A stretch of DNA of 64,000 nucleotides from Alphaproteobacteria bacterium (GTDB taxonomy: Bacteria > Pseudomonadota > Alphaproteobacteria > UBA828). The stretch lies in NCBI GenBank assembly GCA_965214705.1, contig CBDCCI010000002.1:1792001-1856000 (forward strand), in the 5' to 3' direction. How positions within the stretch are numbered: position 1 is the stretch's first letter; each line of letters opens with the position of its first letter. The translations under genes were made by a program, and so were the position numbers. Of the stretch, positions 10,215 to 19,584 are shown piece by piece. The notes below the pieces were generated by a model. The model was given only the letters and a program-made list of their open reading frames with translations. It made no database searches and was not told the origin of the DNA.

Positions 10215-11318
10215 TCAGCCGCGCTCGGCACTTGACTTCGTTACCGGGCCGGGCCGGTGGCGCGCCGCGTAGCGCACGAGCTTTCGCGTGAGCGTCGGGA
10301 GCGCATGTTCCGAGAAGCGCGATGGCGGGCACCAAATGCCGCTCTTCTCGGAGCCGTACTCAGTTTCCGCTGCGGCCACCAGCAGCTCGATCTCGAAATG
10401 GGTGAAGCCATGGCGGACCGGCTCCGGCAGCGCCTGCCACGCCAGCGACTGGGGCGCATGGGCCGAGGCTTCTGCTAAATCCCAGGGCTCGTTGCGCCAG
10501 GGCGTAGTCGGCAGCTCGATCATCCCGCCGAGCAGGCCCTCATCCGGCCGGCGACGCAGCAGCACGGCGCCATCTGGGCGCATCAGCCAGAAGGCGACGC
10601 CGTGGCGCAGCGGGCGCTCTCGCTTCGGCGACCGGCGCGGCAGGTTCTCCGCCGTGCCGCGCGCGCGGCCTTCGCAGGCGTTCTGCCAGGGACAGGCGAG
10701 GCAGCCGGGATTGCGCGGCGTGCAGACGCTCGCGCCGAGGTCCATCAGCGCCTGCGCGTAGTCGCCGGGGCGGGCCTCGGGCGTGAGTTCGGCGGCAAGG
10801 GCGTAGAGCGCGGTCTTCGCCTGCGGCAGCGGGGTCTCCACCGCGCGCAGGCGGGCGATCACCCGCTCCACGTTGCCGTCGACAACGGTCGCCGACCGGT
10901 CGAAAGCGATGGCCGCGATCGCCGCGGCGGTGTAGCGCCCGATCCCCGGCAGGTCCCGCAGCGCGTTCTCTTCGGCCGGGAAGCGCCCGCCGTGCTCGGC
11001 GACGAGGCGCCGCGCGCAAGCGTACAGATTGCGCGCGCGGGCGTAGTAGCCGAGCCCCTGCCAGGCGTGGAGCACGTCGTCGAGCTCGGCTTGGGCCAGC
11101 GCTTCGAGGGTCGGCCAGCGCTCCAGGAAACGCTGGAAATAGCCTCCGACCACCGGAACAGTAGTCTGCTGCAGCATGATCTCGCTGAGCCAGACCCGGT
11201 AGGGATCCGGGCGGACGCCGGGGGCGGCGCGCCAGGGCAGCCGGCGGCGGTGGCGGTCGTACCAGTCGAGCAGCGCGTGCGCCAGGTGCGCGGGCGAGGC
11301 GGGCCGGGCGGCGCTCAT
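10215..11318 (-). CDS. mutY: A/G-specific adenine glycosylase
   Basis: WLSEIMLQQT, GLGYYARARN, LPGIGRYTA, VDGNVERV and the Fe-S cluster Cys motif. Confidence 0.97.
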   Translation of the reverse strand: MSAARPASPAHLAHALLDWYDRHRRRLPWRAAPGVRPDPYRVWLSEIMLQQTTVPVVGGYFQRFLERWPTLEALAQAELDDVLHAWQGLGYYARARNLYACARRLVAEHGGRFPAEENALRDLPGIGRYTAAAIAAIAFDRSATVVDGNVERVIARLRAVETPLPQAKTALYALAAELTPEARPGDYAQALMDLGASVCTPRNPGCLACPWQNACEGRARGTAENLPRRSPKRERPLRHGVAFWLMRPDGAVLLRRRPDEGLLGGMIELPTTPWRNEPWDLAEASAHAPQSLAWQALPEPVRHGFTHFEIELLVAAAETEYGSEKSGIWCPPSRFSEHALPTLTRKLVRYAARHRPGPVTKSSAERG

Positions 11319-11360
11319 GGGCGGCGGCGCTTCACAGCGGGCGTCGGAGGGCGTACACCC

Positions 11361-11861
11361 ATGGTCTGGACCCTGCGACTCCCGGCCTCAGCCATGCGCA
11401 AACCCCGCCAGGCGCAGCCGCTCGCCGCACTGATCGGTAAGATCACCGCCAAGTCCTTCGAGTCGCGCGGGCTGGTGGCGGCGGGGATTGCCACCGAATG
11501 GCCGGCGATCGTGGGCGAGGCCGTCGCCGCCTCTTCGTGGCCTGAGCGTCTGGGACGGGACGGCACGCTCAGAGTGTGCGTCTCCGGGCCAGTCGCGGTC
11601 GAGCTTCAGCATCTCGAACCCCAAATTCTGGAGCGGATCGCCGCTTTCTATGGCTACCGCGCGGTGACGCGGATTGCCTATGTAAACCGTGCGCCGTCGC
11701 CACAGCCAGCGCGGGTTTCGGAGCGCCGGACCGCGCCGAAAATCGACTCGGAGTCGGCTGCACGTGTCGAATCTGCCGTCGATTCCACCGGGGACCATCG
11801 CCTGAGGTCGGCCCTTGCGGCCCTGGGCCGGGCGGTCGCCGCCCGCTCGCAAAGAAAGTAA
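11361..11861 (+). CDS. DUF721 / DciA-family protein (start may be 11394)
   Basis: EWPAIVG, GTLRVCV and ELQHLEPQILERI; divergent from mutY as in alphaproteobacteria. Confidence 0.8.
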   Translation: MVWTLRLPASAMRKPRQAQPLAALIGKITAKSFESRGLVAAGIATEWPAIVGEAVAASSWPERLGRDGTLRVCVSGPVAVELQHLEPQILERIAAFYGYRAVTRIAYVNRAPSPQPARVSERRTAPKIDSESAARVESAVDSTGDHRLRSALAALGRAVAARSQRK

Positions 11862-11987
11862 GCTGTTGATAATACGCAAGTATTGCGATTGAAACCGCAG
11901 GGCGCAGCCGGGTGCTTGGGTGGCGCGGCGGCCTTCCGTGTTGAAAGCTATACAATTTGACGCAGGCGGGCGTACAGTCCGGCGCGA

Positions 11988-12731
11988 ATGGTGAACGACG
12001 TCTCTACGCCGCTGGAAGAGCCGCCGAGCACGGAAAGCGTCTCGGTGTTCTCGTCCGTGCGGCAGGTGGACCAGCCGCCATTGGCGTTGCCGCCGGGCCT
12101 CGCCTTCAATTGCCGGCTGGAGATGGAGGGGCTGCGCTTCCTCGGCCTGCTGCCTTCCGGCGCCGTTCCCGTCGCGTTCCTGGATCCGCAGTATCGCGGC
12201 GTGCTCGACCATCTCGCCTACGGCAACGAGGGTGTGCGCCGGGGCGCCGCCCGCGCCTCCCTGCCGCAGATGACCGACGAAATCCCGCAATTCATCCGCG
12301 AGATCGACCGCTGCCTGATGCCGAGCGGCCATCTCTTCCTCTGGACCGACAAGTATCACCTTTGCACCGGGATCGGCGACTGGCTTGAGGGCACGTCCCT
12401 CGAGATCGTGGACATGGTCACGTGGCACAAGAAGCGGATCGGCATGGGCTACCGCACCAGGCGCGCGAGTGAGCACCTGATCGTGCTGCAGAAGGCGCCG
12501 CGCAAGGCCAAGGGCGTGTGGAAGGTCCACACCATCCCGGATGTGTGGAGCGAGGCCATCGGCAAGCGCGACCGTGTCCATCCGAAGCCGGTGGGGCTCC
12601 AGAGCGCTTTGATCGAGGCTGTCAGCAATCCGGGTGACGTGATCATCGACCCTGCGGCCGGCTCGTTCTCGGTCATGGAGGCGTGCAGGCAGAAGGAGCG
12701 GACCTTCCTCGGATGCGACATCAACGGATGA
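11988..12731 (+). CDS. N4/N6 DNA methyltransferase (beta-type motif order), orphan
   Basis: Catalytic FLDPQY precedes HPKP and the SAM-binding motif IIDPAAGSFS...FLGCDI. Confidence 0.85.
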   Translation: MVNDVSTPLEEPPSTESVSVFSSVRQVDQPPLALPPGLAFNCRLEMEGLRFLGLLPSGAVPVAFLDPQYRGVLDHLAYGNEGVRRGAARASLPQMTDEIPQFIREIDRCLMPSGHLFLWTDKYHLCTGIGDWLEGTSLEIVDMVTWHKKRIGMGYRTRRASEHLIVLQKAPRKAKGVWKVHTIPDVWSEAIGKRDRVHPKPVGLQSALIEAVSNPGDVIIDPAAGSFSVMEACRQKERTFLGCDING

Positions 12732-12741
12732 GGATACGCAG

Positions 12742-13362
12742 ATGATTTCGCGCCGTTTCCTGGTTGGGGCAATGGCGGTCCTACCAGCCGCCGCTATGCT
12801 GGTGCCGGTCGCGCCCGGCCGCGCCGCCGGCATCGGCGAGAGGCCCGGCGACATGGCGGTCGGCGACCCCGACGCGCCGGTCACCGTGATCGAGTTTCTC
12901 TCACTCACCTGCCCCAGTTGCTTGCGGTTCCACAAGAACGTCTACAACCGGCTGAAGCCGGAGTACGTAGACACCGGCAAGGTGCGCTTCGTGGCCCGCG
13001 ACTTTCCGCTCAACATGCCGGCCGTTGAGGCGGCAGTGCTCGCCCACTGCGCCGGCCGGGACCGCTACTTCACTTTCATCGACGTGCTGTTCCAGACCTT
13101 CGACGACTGGGCAAGTTCGCGCGACTACACGGACATGCTCGCGCAGATCGGCGAGCTGGGCGGCGTGAGCCGGGACCGGTTCGAGGAGTGCCTAAACGAC
13201 AAGGCACTCGAGAACACGATTTTCCAGTCGATAGTGGACGGCCAGGCCGAATACGACGTGAGCGGGACACCGACACTGGTCGTCAACGGCGAGAAATACG
13301 ACGGCAAGATGACCTTCGATGCGCTTTCCAGGCACATCGACCGTCTCCTCGCGGGGTCGTAG
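12742..13362 (+). CDS. DsbA-family thioredoxin-fold protein
   Basis: GDPDAPVTVIEF, CPSC, RDFPLN and GTPT; RR-containing leader. Confidence 0.9.
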   Translation: MISRRFLVGAMAVLPAAAMLVPVAPGRAAGIGERPGDMAVGDPDAPVTVIEFLSLTCPSCLRFHKNVYNRLKPEYVDTGKVRFVARDFPLNMPAVEAAVLAHCAGRDRYFTFIDVLFQTFDDWASSRDYTDMLAQIGELGGVSRDRFEECLNDKALENTIFQSIVDGQAEYDVSGTPTLVVNGEKYDGKMTFDALSRHIDRLLAGS

Positions 13363-13377
13363 ACGGAGCGCACGGCC

Positions 13378-16300
13378 GTGCAGGTAACGAAGCTCAGGGT
13401 CGCGGGCTTCAAGTCCTTCGTCGAGCCGACAGAGCTGCACATCGAGCCGGGGCTCACCGGAATCGTCGGCCCCAACGGCTGCGGCAAGTCGAATCTCGTC
13501 GAGGCGATGCGCTGGGTCATGGGTGAGACCGCGCCCCGCCAGATGCGCGGCGGCGGCATGGAGGACGTGATCTTCGGCGGCACCACCCGCCGCCCGGCGC
13601 ATGATATCGCCGGGGTCACGCTCGGCCTCGACAACTCGGACGGGACGGCGCCGCGCGAATTGAGCGACGCCGCCGAGATCGAGGTGACCCGCCTCATCGA
13701 GCGCGGCGAGGGCTCGACCTATACCGTGAACGGCAACGAGGTCCGTGCTCGCGACGTGCAGCTCCTGTTTGCCGACGCCGCCACCGGCGCGCACAGCGCT
13801 GCACTGGTGGGGCAGGGGCGCATCGGCGACATCATCGGCGCGAAGCCGGCCCAGCGCCGCGCCTTGCTCGAAGAGGCGGCCGGAATCACCGGCCTGCACG
13901 CCAGGCGGCATGAAGCAGAACTCAAGCTCCGGGCGGCGGAATCCAACCTGGAGCGTCTCCAAGACGTGATCGGCACTTTGGAGACTCAACTGCGCGATCT
14001 CGAACGCCAGGCACGCCACGCCAAGCGCTACAAGCGTCTCTCCGAGAGGATTCGCGAGACCGAGGCGGCGCTGCTTCTGGTGCGCTGGATGGCGGCCCGA
14101 GCCCGTGTCGAGGAGGTGACGCGCCAAGCCGATGACGCCGCTCGCCGGGTGGCCGAGGCGACGGAGGCCGCTGCCCAGGCTGCGCGCCGGCAGGCGGACG
14201 CCGAGACGGTTCTACCCGAGCGCCGCCAGCAGGAAGCGGAGCGCGCCGCGGCCCTGCATCGGTTGCGCATCGAGCATGAACGGCTGGCCGAGGAGGAGGA
14301 GCGCGTCGCGCGCGCCCGTGAGGAGAATGCGCGCAAGCGTTCCCAGATCGCCGCCGATGTCGAACGCGAAGAAGCCCTCGCGCGGGATGCGGAGACGGCG
14401 CAGGAGCGCGTCGACGAGATCCGCGAGAGGCTCGCCCGTGCGGCCGAGGGCGATGCCGCGGCCGAGGCGGCGGCGCGCAGTGCGCGGGAGGAGGCACGCG
14501 CCGAGGTCGAGGCGGTGGAGCAACGCCTTGCGGCGCTTGCCCAGACACAGGCCAGGGCCGAGGCGGAGCGCGAGGCGCTTGGCAGGAGGATCGAGGAAGC
14601 GCGAACCCGACGTTCTCGGCTTGAGCAAGAGCTTGCGCGGGGGCGGGAGGAGCGCGCCGCGCTGGAGCGGGATGCGCCCGCCGATGGGCGGTTGTCGGAA
14701 GCCGAGGCAGAAGAACGTGTCCGGAGCGAGAGCTTCGAGGCGGCGCGCACCGCGCTGCAGGAGGCGGAGACGGCGCGGGCGGAGGCCGTAGACCGCGAAC
14801 GTGCGCTGCGCGAGAAGCTGCGCGAGGCGGACGCAGCGCTTGCAGGCGGCGAGGCCGAGCGTGCGGCCCTTACCGCGCTGCTCGACGACCCGGCCGCCGG
14901 CCCCGGCCGGGCGCTCTGGGATCGGGTTACGGTCAAGCCCGGCTTCGAGGCGGCCGTGGGCGCCGCGCTGGGTGACGACCTCCAGGCCAGCACGGACACC
15001 GACGCACCGGTCCATTGGCGAAGACTGGCGCATGCGGACGATGCCCAACCGCTGCCTGAAGGCACTGCGCCGCTGGCGGAAGCGGTTCGCGCCCCCGAAG
15101 CGCTGGCCGCTCGGCTCGCACAGATCGGGGTGGTGGCGGAGGCGGACGGAGCCCGCTTGCAGGCGGAGCTTCGTACCGGCCAGCGCCTGGTGAGCCGGGA
15201 AGGCTCGCTCTGGCGCTGGGATGGCTTCTCGGTCGCCGCCGAGGCGCCGACGGCCGCCGCCCGTCGGCTGGAGGCGCGCAACCGGCTGGCCGTGCTGGCG
15301 GAGACCTGCGCACAGGCGGAAGGCGACAAGCGCACGGCGGAGAACGCGGTCACGGCGGCGGCCGCGGCCAGGGAAGACGCCGAATTAGCGTGCCAGCGTG
15401 CCCGCTCACGTGCTGATGACGCGGCAGAGGCCTTGCGGGCGGCTCGGGAGGCGCGCGCGACGGCCTCCGCCGAGGCTACGGCCACGCGCTCGCGTCTCGC
15501 TGCGCTTGACGAAACCGCGGCGCGGCTCGAACACGAGATCACCGAGACCAGGGAGGCGGAGCGCGCAGCCCGTGCTGTGCTTGACGCGCTTCCCGCAGAG
15601 GGTGCCGGGGGCGAGGACGAGGGCGAGCGGCTACGCGCCGCTCTCGTGGGACTGCGCGCGCGCCACGAGGAGGCAGCGCAGCACCACCATAAGGTTGCGC
15701 AAGCGGCGGACGGGCGTGGCGCCCGGATCGCCGAGCTGGTGCGGGAAAGCGAGGGCTGGGCGGCGCGCGCAGACAGCGCGCGGAAGCGACTCAGCGAGCT
15801 CGCCGACCGTCTTGACGAGGCCCGATCCGAGCAAGCGGCGCTCGACGCCCGACCAGCCGAGCTCGAGGCGCGGCGCGCCGGGCTTCTGGGCACGATCGAG
15901 CAGGCGCAGGGCGAGCACCGCGCCGCCGTCGATGCCCTGGCGAGCGCCGAGAGGGAGACGAAGGAGACCGCAAGCGCGCTCAAGCAGGCCGAAGCGACTC
16001 TGGGTGAGGCGCGCGAGGCTGCGGCCCGGCTGGACGGCCTCATGACCGAGGCCGGGCAAGCGGAGACGGTTGCCGGCGCCCAGATCATGGAGCGCCTCGG
16101 CGTCGGGCCGGAACAGGCGCAGGAGATCGCCGGGATCGATCCCGATGCCGAGCTTCCCGATGCCGAAGCCGTAGAGATCAAGCTGCAGCGGCTGATGCGC
16201 GAGCGCGAGAACATCGGCGCCGTCAACCTGCGTGCGGAGGAGGAGGCGAGCGAGCTCGACGAGCGCATTCGCGAGATGCAGGACTCCCGCACCGACCTGC

Positions 16301-16839
16301 TGGAGGCGATCGGGCGCCTGCGCCGGGGCATCGCCGGCCTCAACCGCGAGGGGCGGGAGCGGATGCGGGCGGCGTTCGAAACGATCGACGGGCACTTCCG
16401 CAAGCTCTTCACGGAGCTCTTCGCTGGCGGCAAGGCGCATCTTGCACTGGTCGATTCGGACGATCCCCTGGAGGCCGGGCTGGAGATAGTGGCGAGCCCG
16501 CCCGGCAAGCGACCGCAATCGCTCTCGCTGCTCTCCGGCGGCGAAAAGGCGCTGACTGCCATCGCGCTGCTCTTCGCCGCGTTCCTCACCAACCCGGCGC
16601 CGATCTGCGTTCTTGACGAGGTGGACGCGCCGCTCGACGACAGCAACGTGGAGCGCTTCTGCACACTCATCACGCGGCTGGCGGAGGAGACCGACACGCG
16701 CTTCATCGTCGTTACCCACCATCGCATCACCATGGCCCGTGTCGACCGGCTGTTCGGCGTCACCATGGTGGAGCAGGGGGTCTCCGAACTCGTCTCGGTC
16801 GATCTGGAGCGCGCCGTGCAATTGCGCGAGACAGCCTGA
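13378..16839 (+). CDS. smc: Chromosome segregation protein SMC
   Basis: GFKSF, GPNGCGKSN, long coiled coils with a hinge, LSGGEK and LDEVDAPLD. Confidence 0.97.
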   Translation: MQVTKLRVAGFKSFVEPTELHIEPGLTGIVGPNGCGKSNLVEAMRWVMGETAPRQMRGGGMEDVIFGGTTRRPAHDIAGVTLGLDNSDGTAPRELSDAAEIEVTRLIERGEGSTYTVNGNEVRARDVQLLFADAATGAHSAALVGQGRIGDIIGAKPAQRRALLEEAAGITGLHARRHEAELKLRAAESNLERLQDVIGTLETQLRDLERQARHAKRYKRLSERIRETEAALLLVRWMAARARVEEVTRQADDAARRVAEATEAAAQAARRQADAETVLPERRQQEAERAAALHRLRIEHERLAEEEERVARAREENARKRSQIAADVEREEALARDAETAQERVDEIRERLARAAEGDAAAEAAARSAREEARAEVEAVEQRLAALAQTQARAEAEREALGRRIEEARTRRSRLEQELARGREERAALERDAPADGRLSEAEAEERVRSESFEAARTALQEAETARAEAVDRERALREKLREADAALAGGEAERAALTALLDDPAAGPGRALWDRVTVKPGFEAAVGAALGDDLQASTDTDAPVHWRRLAHADDAQPLPEGTAPLAEAVRAPEALAARLAQIGVVAEADGARLQAELRTGQRLVSREGSLWRWDGFSVAAEAPTAAARRLEARNRLAVLAETCAQAEGDKRTAENAVTAAAAAREDAELACQRARSRADDAAEALRAAREARATASAEATATRSRLAALDETAARLEHEITETREAERAARAVLDALPAEGAGGEDEGERLRAALVGLRARHEEAAQHHHKVAQAADGRGARIAELVRESEGWAARADSARKRLSELADRLDEARSEQAALDARPAELEARRAGLLGTIEQAQGEHRAAVDALASAERETKETASALKQAEATLGEAREAAARLDGLMTEAGQAETVAGAQIMERLGVGPEQAQEIAGIDPDAELPDAEAVEIKLQRLMRERENIGAVNLRAEEEASELDERIREMQDSRTDLLEAIGRLRRGIAGLNREGRERMRAAFETIDGHFRKLFTELFAGGKAHLALVDSDDPLEAGLEIVASPPGKRPQSLSLLSGGEKALTAIALLFAAFLTNPAPICVLDEVDAPLDDSNVERFCTLITRLAEETDTRFIVVTHHRITMARVDRLFGVTMVEQGVSELVSVDLERAVQLRETA

Positions 16840-16921
16840 GCGCCCGCACGCAATTTCTGGCGGCGCAAATTCATAAGTTATTTCAGTCCTCTAAGGCGCT
16901 TGGGGGCGCCGTTTCCCCGGC

Positions 16922-16950
16922 TTGACAGGGGGCAGGGCAGTCCCTATGGT
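16922..16950 (+). promoter_or_regulatory. Sigma70-type promoter of the atp F0 operon
   Basis: TTGACA-N17-TATGGT upstream of atpI. Confidence 0.7.
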
Positions 16951-17003
16951 GCGGGCGCTTTTCGACTGCGGGGCACGCGCGCGCCCTGGCCGAGCGGGTT
17001 TGC

Positions 17004-17354
17004 ATGGACGACAAACCACGGCCATCCCTGGAGGATCTGGACTCCCGGCTGCGCAAAGCCCGAGGCGGAAACGAGTCGGGCAATCGTGGCCGGTTGCCCG
17101 ACACGCGTCTTGGGCAAGCGCTGCACCTCGCGATCGAGATGGCGGCCGCGCTGGCCGTCGGCGGCGGCATCGGCTGGCTGCTCGACGAATGGCTCGGTAC
17201 AAGGCCGTGGCTGTTCGTGGTCTTCATCTTTGTGGGGATCGCGGCCGGCATCCTGAACGCGTTTCGGGCGGCACAGAGAATGGGGGCCACGCCGTTGTCC
17301 CGCGAGAGCGCGGACGAGCGGGGTGAAGGACAAGACGGGCGAAGCCAGGGGTAG
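17004..17354 (+). CDS. atpI: ATP synthase protein I (AtpZ/AtpI family)
   Basis: VGGGIGWLLDEWLGTRPW; first gene of the operon. Confidence 0.88.
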   Translation: MDDKPRPSLEDLDSRLRKARGGNESGNRGRLPDTRLGQALHLAIEMAAALAVGGGIGWLLDEWLGTRPWLFVVFIFVGIAAGILNAFRAAQRMGATPLSRESADERGEGQDGRSQG

Positions 17355-17362
17355 GACAGCCA

Positions 17363-18133
17363 GTGGCAACGACGGATAACGGCGCCGGGCATAACGGCGA
17401 CGCGCATCACGGCCCGCTCGATCAATTCGCGATCAACCGCTACGTCGAGATCGACCTCGGCGGTTTCGACGCGTCGTTCACCAACTCAGCGCTGATGATG
17501 TGCGTGACCGTGATCATCATCACGCTGCTTACCACGGTAGGCATGGGCCGCGGGCGACTGGTGCCGGGGCGGGTGCAATCCATTGTGGAGATGAGCTACG
17601 AGATGATCGCCCGAATGTTGGGCGACATCGTGGGCGGCCGCGGCGCCCAGAAGTTCTTCCCGTTCGTGTTCAGCCTGTTCATGTTCCTGCTGCTGGGCAA
17701 TGTGCTCGGGCTGATTCCCTACTCCTTCACCTTCACCAGCCACATCATCGTGACGCTCGCGTTCGCGCTGGTGGTCTTCGTCGGTGTGACGATTCTCGCG
17801 ATCGTCATCCACAAGCACCGCTTCCTGACCTTCTTCCTGCCGCCCGGCGTGCCCATGTGGATGGCGCCGCTGCTGGTGCCGATCGAGGTCGTCTCCTACA
17901 TGGCGCGGCCGATCAGCCTCTCCGTGCGGCTCTTCGCCAACATGATGGCAGGGCACTCGATCCTGCACGTGTTCGGCGCCTTCGTCTTCGTCCTGAGCTT
18001 CGCCGGCGTTCTGCCCTTCGCGTTCATCGTGGCGCTCTACGGGCTCGAACTCCTTGTCGCCGTGCTCCAGGCCTACGTCTTCACCATTCTGACCTGCCTC
18101 TACATCCGCGACGCGATCGAGTTGCATCACTGA
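17363..18133 (+). CDS. atpB: F0 ATP synthase subunit a
   Basis: SFTNSAL, RPISLSVRLFANMMAGH and LQAYVF. Confidence 0.97.
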   Translation: MATTDNGAGHNGDAHHGPLDQFAINRYVEIDLGGFDASFTNSALMMCVTVIIITLLTTVGMGRGRLVPGRVQSIVEMSYEMIARMLGDIVGGRGAQKFFPFVFSLFMFLLLGNVLGLIPYSFTFTSHIIVTLAFALVVFVGVTILAIVIHKHRFLTFFLPPGVPMWMAPLLVPIEVVSYMARPISLSVRLFANMMAGHSILHVFGAFVFVLSFAGVLPFAFIVALYGLELLVAVLQAYVFTILTCLYIRDAIELHH

Positions 18134-18190
18134 GCGGCGAGACGCGGGTCACAAGCCACAAACTCCGAACAAACCGAGGGAACCAGGATC

Positions 18191-18430
18191 ATGGAAGCAG
18201 ATGCAGCGAAACTGCTCGGTCAGCTCATCGGCGGCGGTCTCGCCACGATCGGTGTGGCGGGCTCCGGTGTCGGTATCGGCATCATCTTCGGCAACTACGT
18301 CTCGGCGGCGGGACGCAACCCGGCGGCGGCGCCGAAGCTGTTCGGTAACGTGCTGCTGGGCTTCGCGCTGACCGAGGCGATCGCGCTGTTCGCGCTCGTC
18401 ATGGCCTTCATCATCCTGTTCGGCTCCTGA
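18191..18430 (+). CDS. atpE: F0 ATP synthase subunit c
   Basis: GxGxGxG, RNP and GFALTEA. Confidence 0.97.
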   Translation: MEADAAKLLGQLIGGGLATIGVAGSGVGIGIIFGNYVSAAGRNPAAAPKLFGNVLLGFALTEAIALFALVMAFIILFGS

Positions 18431-18474
18431 TCGACGGCAGTCCGGCTGCCTGAGACGGAGGCAGGAGGCGCCCC

Positions 18475-18966
18475 ATGCCACAGCTCGAGATGGGGGACTA
18501 CGCGCCCCAGATCTTCTGGCTGGTCGTCACCTTCGTCGCGCTCATGGTGATCATGTGGTCCGTGGGCCTGCCGCGGATCCGCCGCGTCATCGAGGCGCGC
18601 GAATCGAAGATCAGCGACGACCTGGCCGAAGCCGAGAGCGCGAAGGGCAGGGCGGAAGCCGCGCTCAAGGCCTACGAGGAGGCGCTGGCAGAGGCGCGCT
18701 CCAAGGCCCACGGCGTGCTCGCCGAGACCCAGGCGAAGCTCTCGGCGGAGGCGGACGCGCTGCGCGCGGAGCTCGACGCCGACCTCGCGGCTAAGGCGGC
18801 AGAGGCGGAGGCGCGCATCCAGGAGACGCGCGCCCAGGCGCTCGCCAGCCTGCGCGACGTGGCGGGAGACGTGGCCCGTGCCGCGACCGAGCGGCTGGTC
18901 GGCACCGCACCCTCCGAGGCCGCCGCCCGTGCCGCGGTGGAAGCCAGCATGGGCGAGGGGCGCTGA
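18475..18966 (+). CDS. F0 ATP synthase subunit b'
   Basis: MPQL...QIFWL followed by an Ala/Glu-rich coiled coil. Confidence 0.92.
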   Translation: MPQLEMGDYAPQIFWLVVTFVALMVIMWSVGLPRIRRVIEARESKISDDLAEAESAKGRAEAALKAYEEALAEARSKAHGVLAETQAKLSAEADALRAELDADLAAKAAEAEARIQETRAQALASLRDVAGDVARAATERLVGTAPSEAAARAAVEASMGEGR

Positions 18967-18969
18967 GCC

Positions 18970-19527
18970 ATGAAGAGGATGGTCCGCAAGCCCGAGTTCT
19001 GGGTCATCGTCGCCGCCTGCGTCTTCGTCGTCGTCGGCAGCCAGATCACCGAGTCGGCAAACTTCTGGATCCTGATCGCCTTCATCACCTTTTTCGGCGC
19101 CTTCGGCCGTGCGGCCTACAAGAAGGTGACCGAGATCCTCGACAAGCGGGCGGAGCGGATCAAGAACGAGCTCGACGAGGCGGCGGCGCTCCGTGCCGAG
19201 GCCCAGGCGCTGCTGGCGGAGCACGAGCGCAAGCGCCAGGAGGCCGAGGAAGAGGCGCGCCAGATGGTCGAGCACGCTAAGGCGGAGGCCGAGCGCCACG
19301 CGGCCGAGGCGCGCGCCGCGCTCGAGGAGACCATGAAGCGCCGCGCCGCGCTCGCCGAGCAGCGTATCGCCCGCGCCGAGGAAGAGGCGATGCGGGAGGT
19401 GCGCCAGACCGCCGCTGTGCTGGCCATCGAGGCCGCGCGCCGTCTCATGAGCGAGACGATCGACGAAGACCGCGCCAACCGCATGATCGAGGAATCGATC
19501 CAAGAGGTCCGCGACCGGCTGAACTGA
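18970..19527 (+). CDS. atpF: F0 ATP synthase subunit b
   Basis: FW transmembrane anchor, LDKRAERIKNELDEA and a coiled coil. Confidence 0.92.
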   Translation: MKRMVRKPEFWVIVAACVFVVVGSQITESANFWILIAFITFFGAFGRAAYKKVTEILDKRAERIKNELDEAAALRAEAQALLAEHERKRQEAEEEARQMVEHAKAEAERHAAEARAALEETMKRRAALAEQRIARAEEEAMREVRQTAAVLAIEAARRLMSETIDEDRANRMIEESIQEVRDRLN

Positions 19528-19584
19528 CCCACGCGCCGGGCAGTATAATGACCGCGCCACGGGCGCGGCGCGGGAGGCGCGACT

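Noticed and set aside
13378-16839. SMC with the nearby methyltransferase as a Wadjet-like defence system
   Set aside because: It is a canonical housekeeping SMC in its usual context, with no jetABD genes.
14028-16874. 948-aa antisense ORF, and many similar long shadow ORFs across the window
   Set aside because: Stop-codon-poor alternative frames of high-GC genes, with low-complexity Ser/Ala/Arg content and no motifs.
16865-16895. AT-rich stretch after smc as a dif site
   Set aside because: No convincing XerC/XerD arm match; more likely an upstream element of the atp promoter.
17004-19527. F0 genes without F1 genes; possible Na+-type ATPase
   Set aside because: A split atp operon is normal in alphaproteobacteria, and subunit c lacks the Q...ES/T sodium signature.
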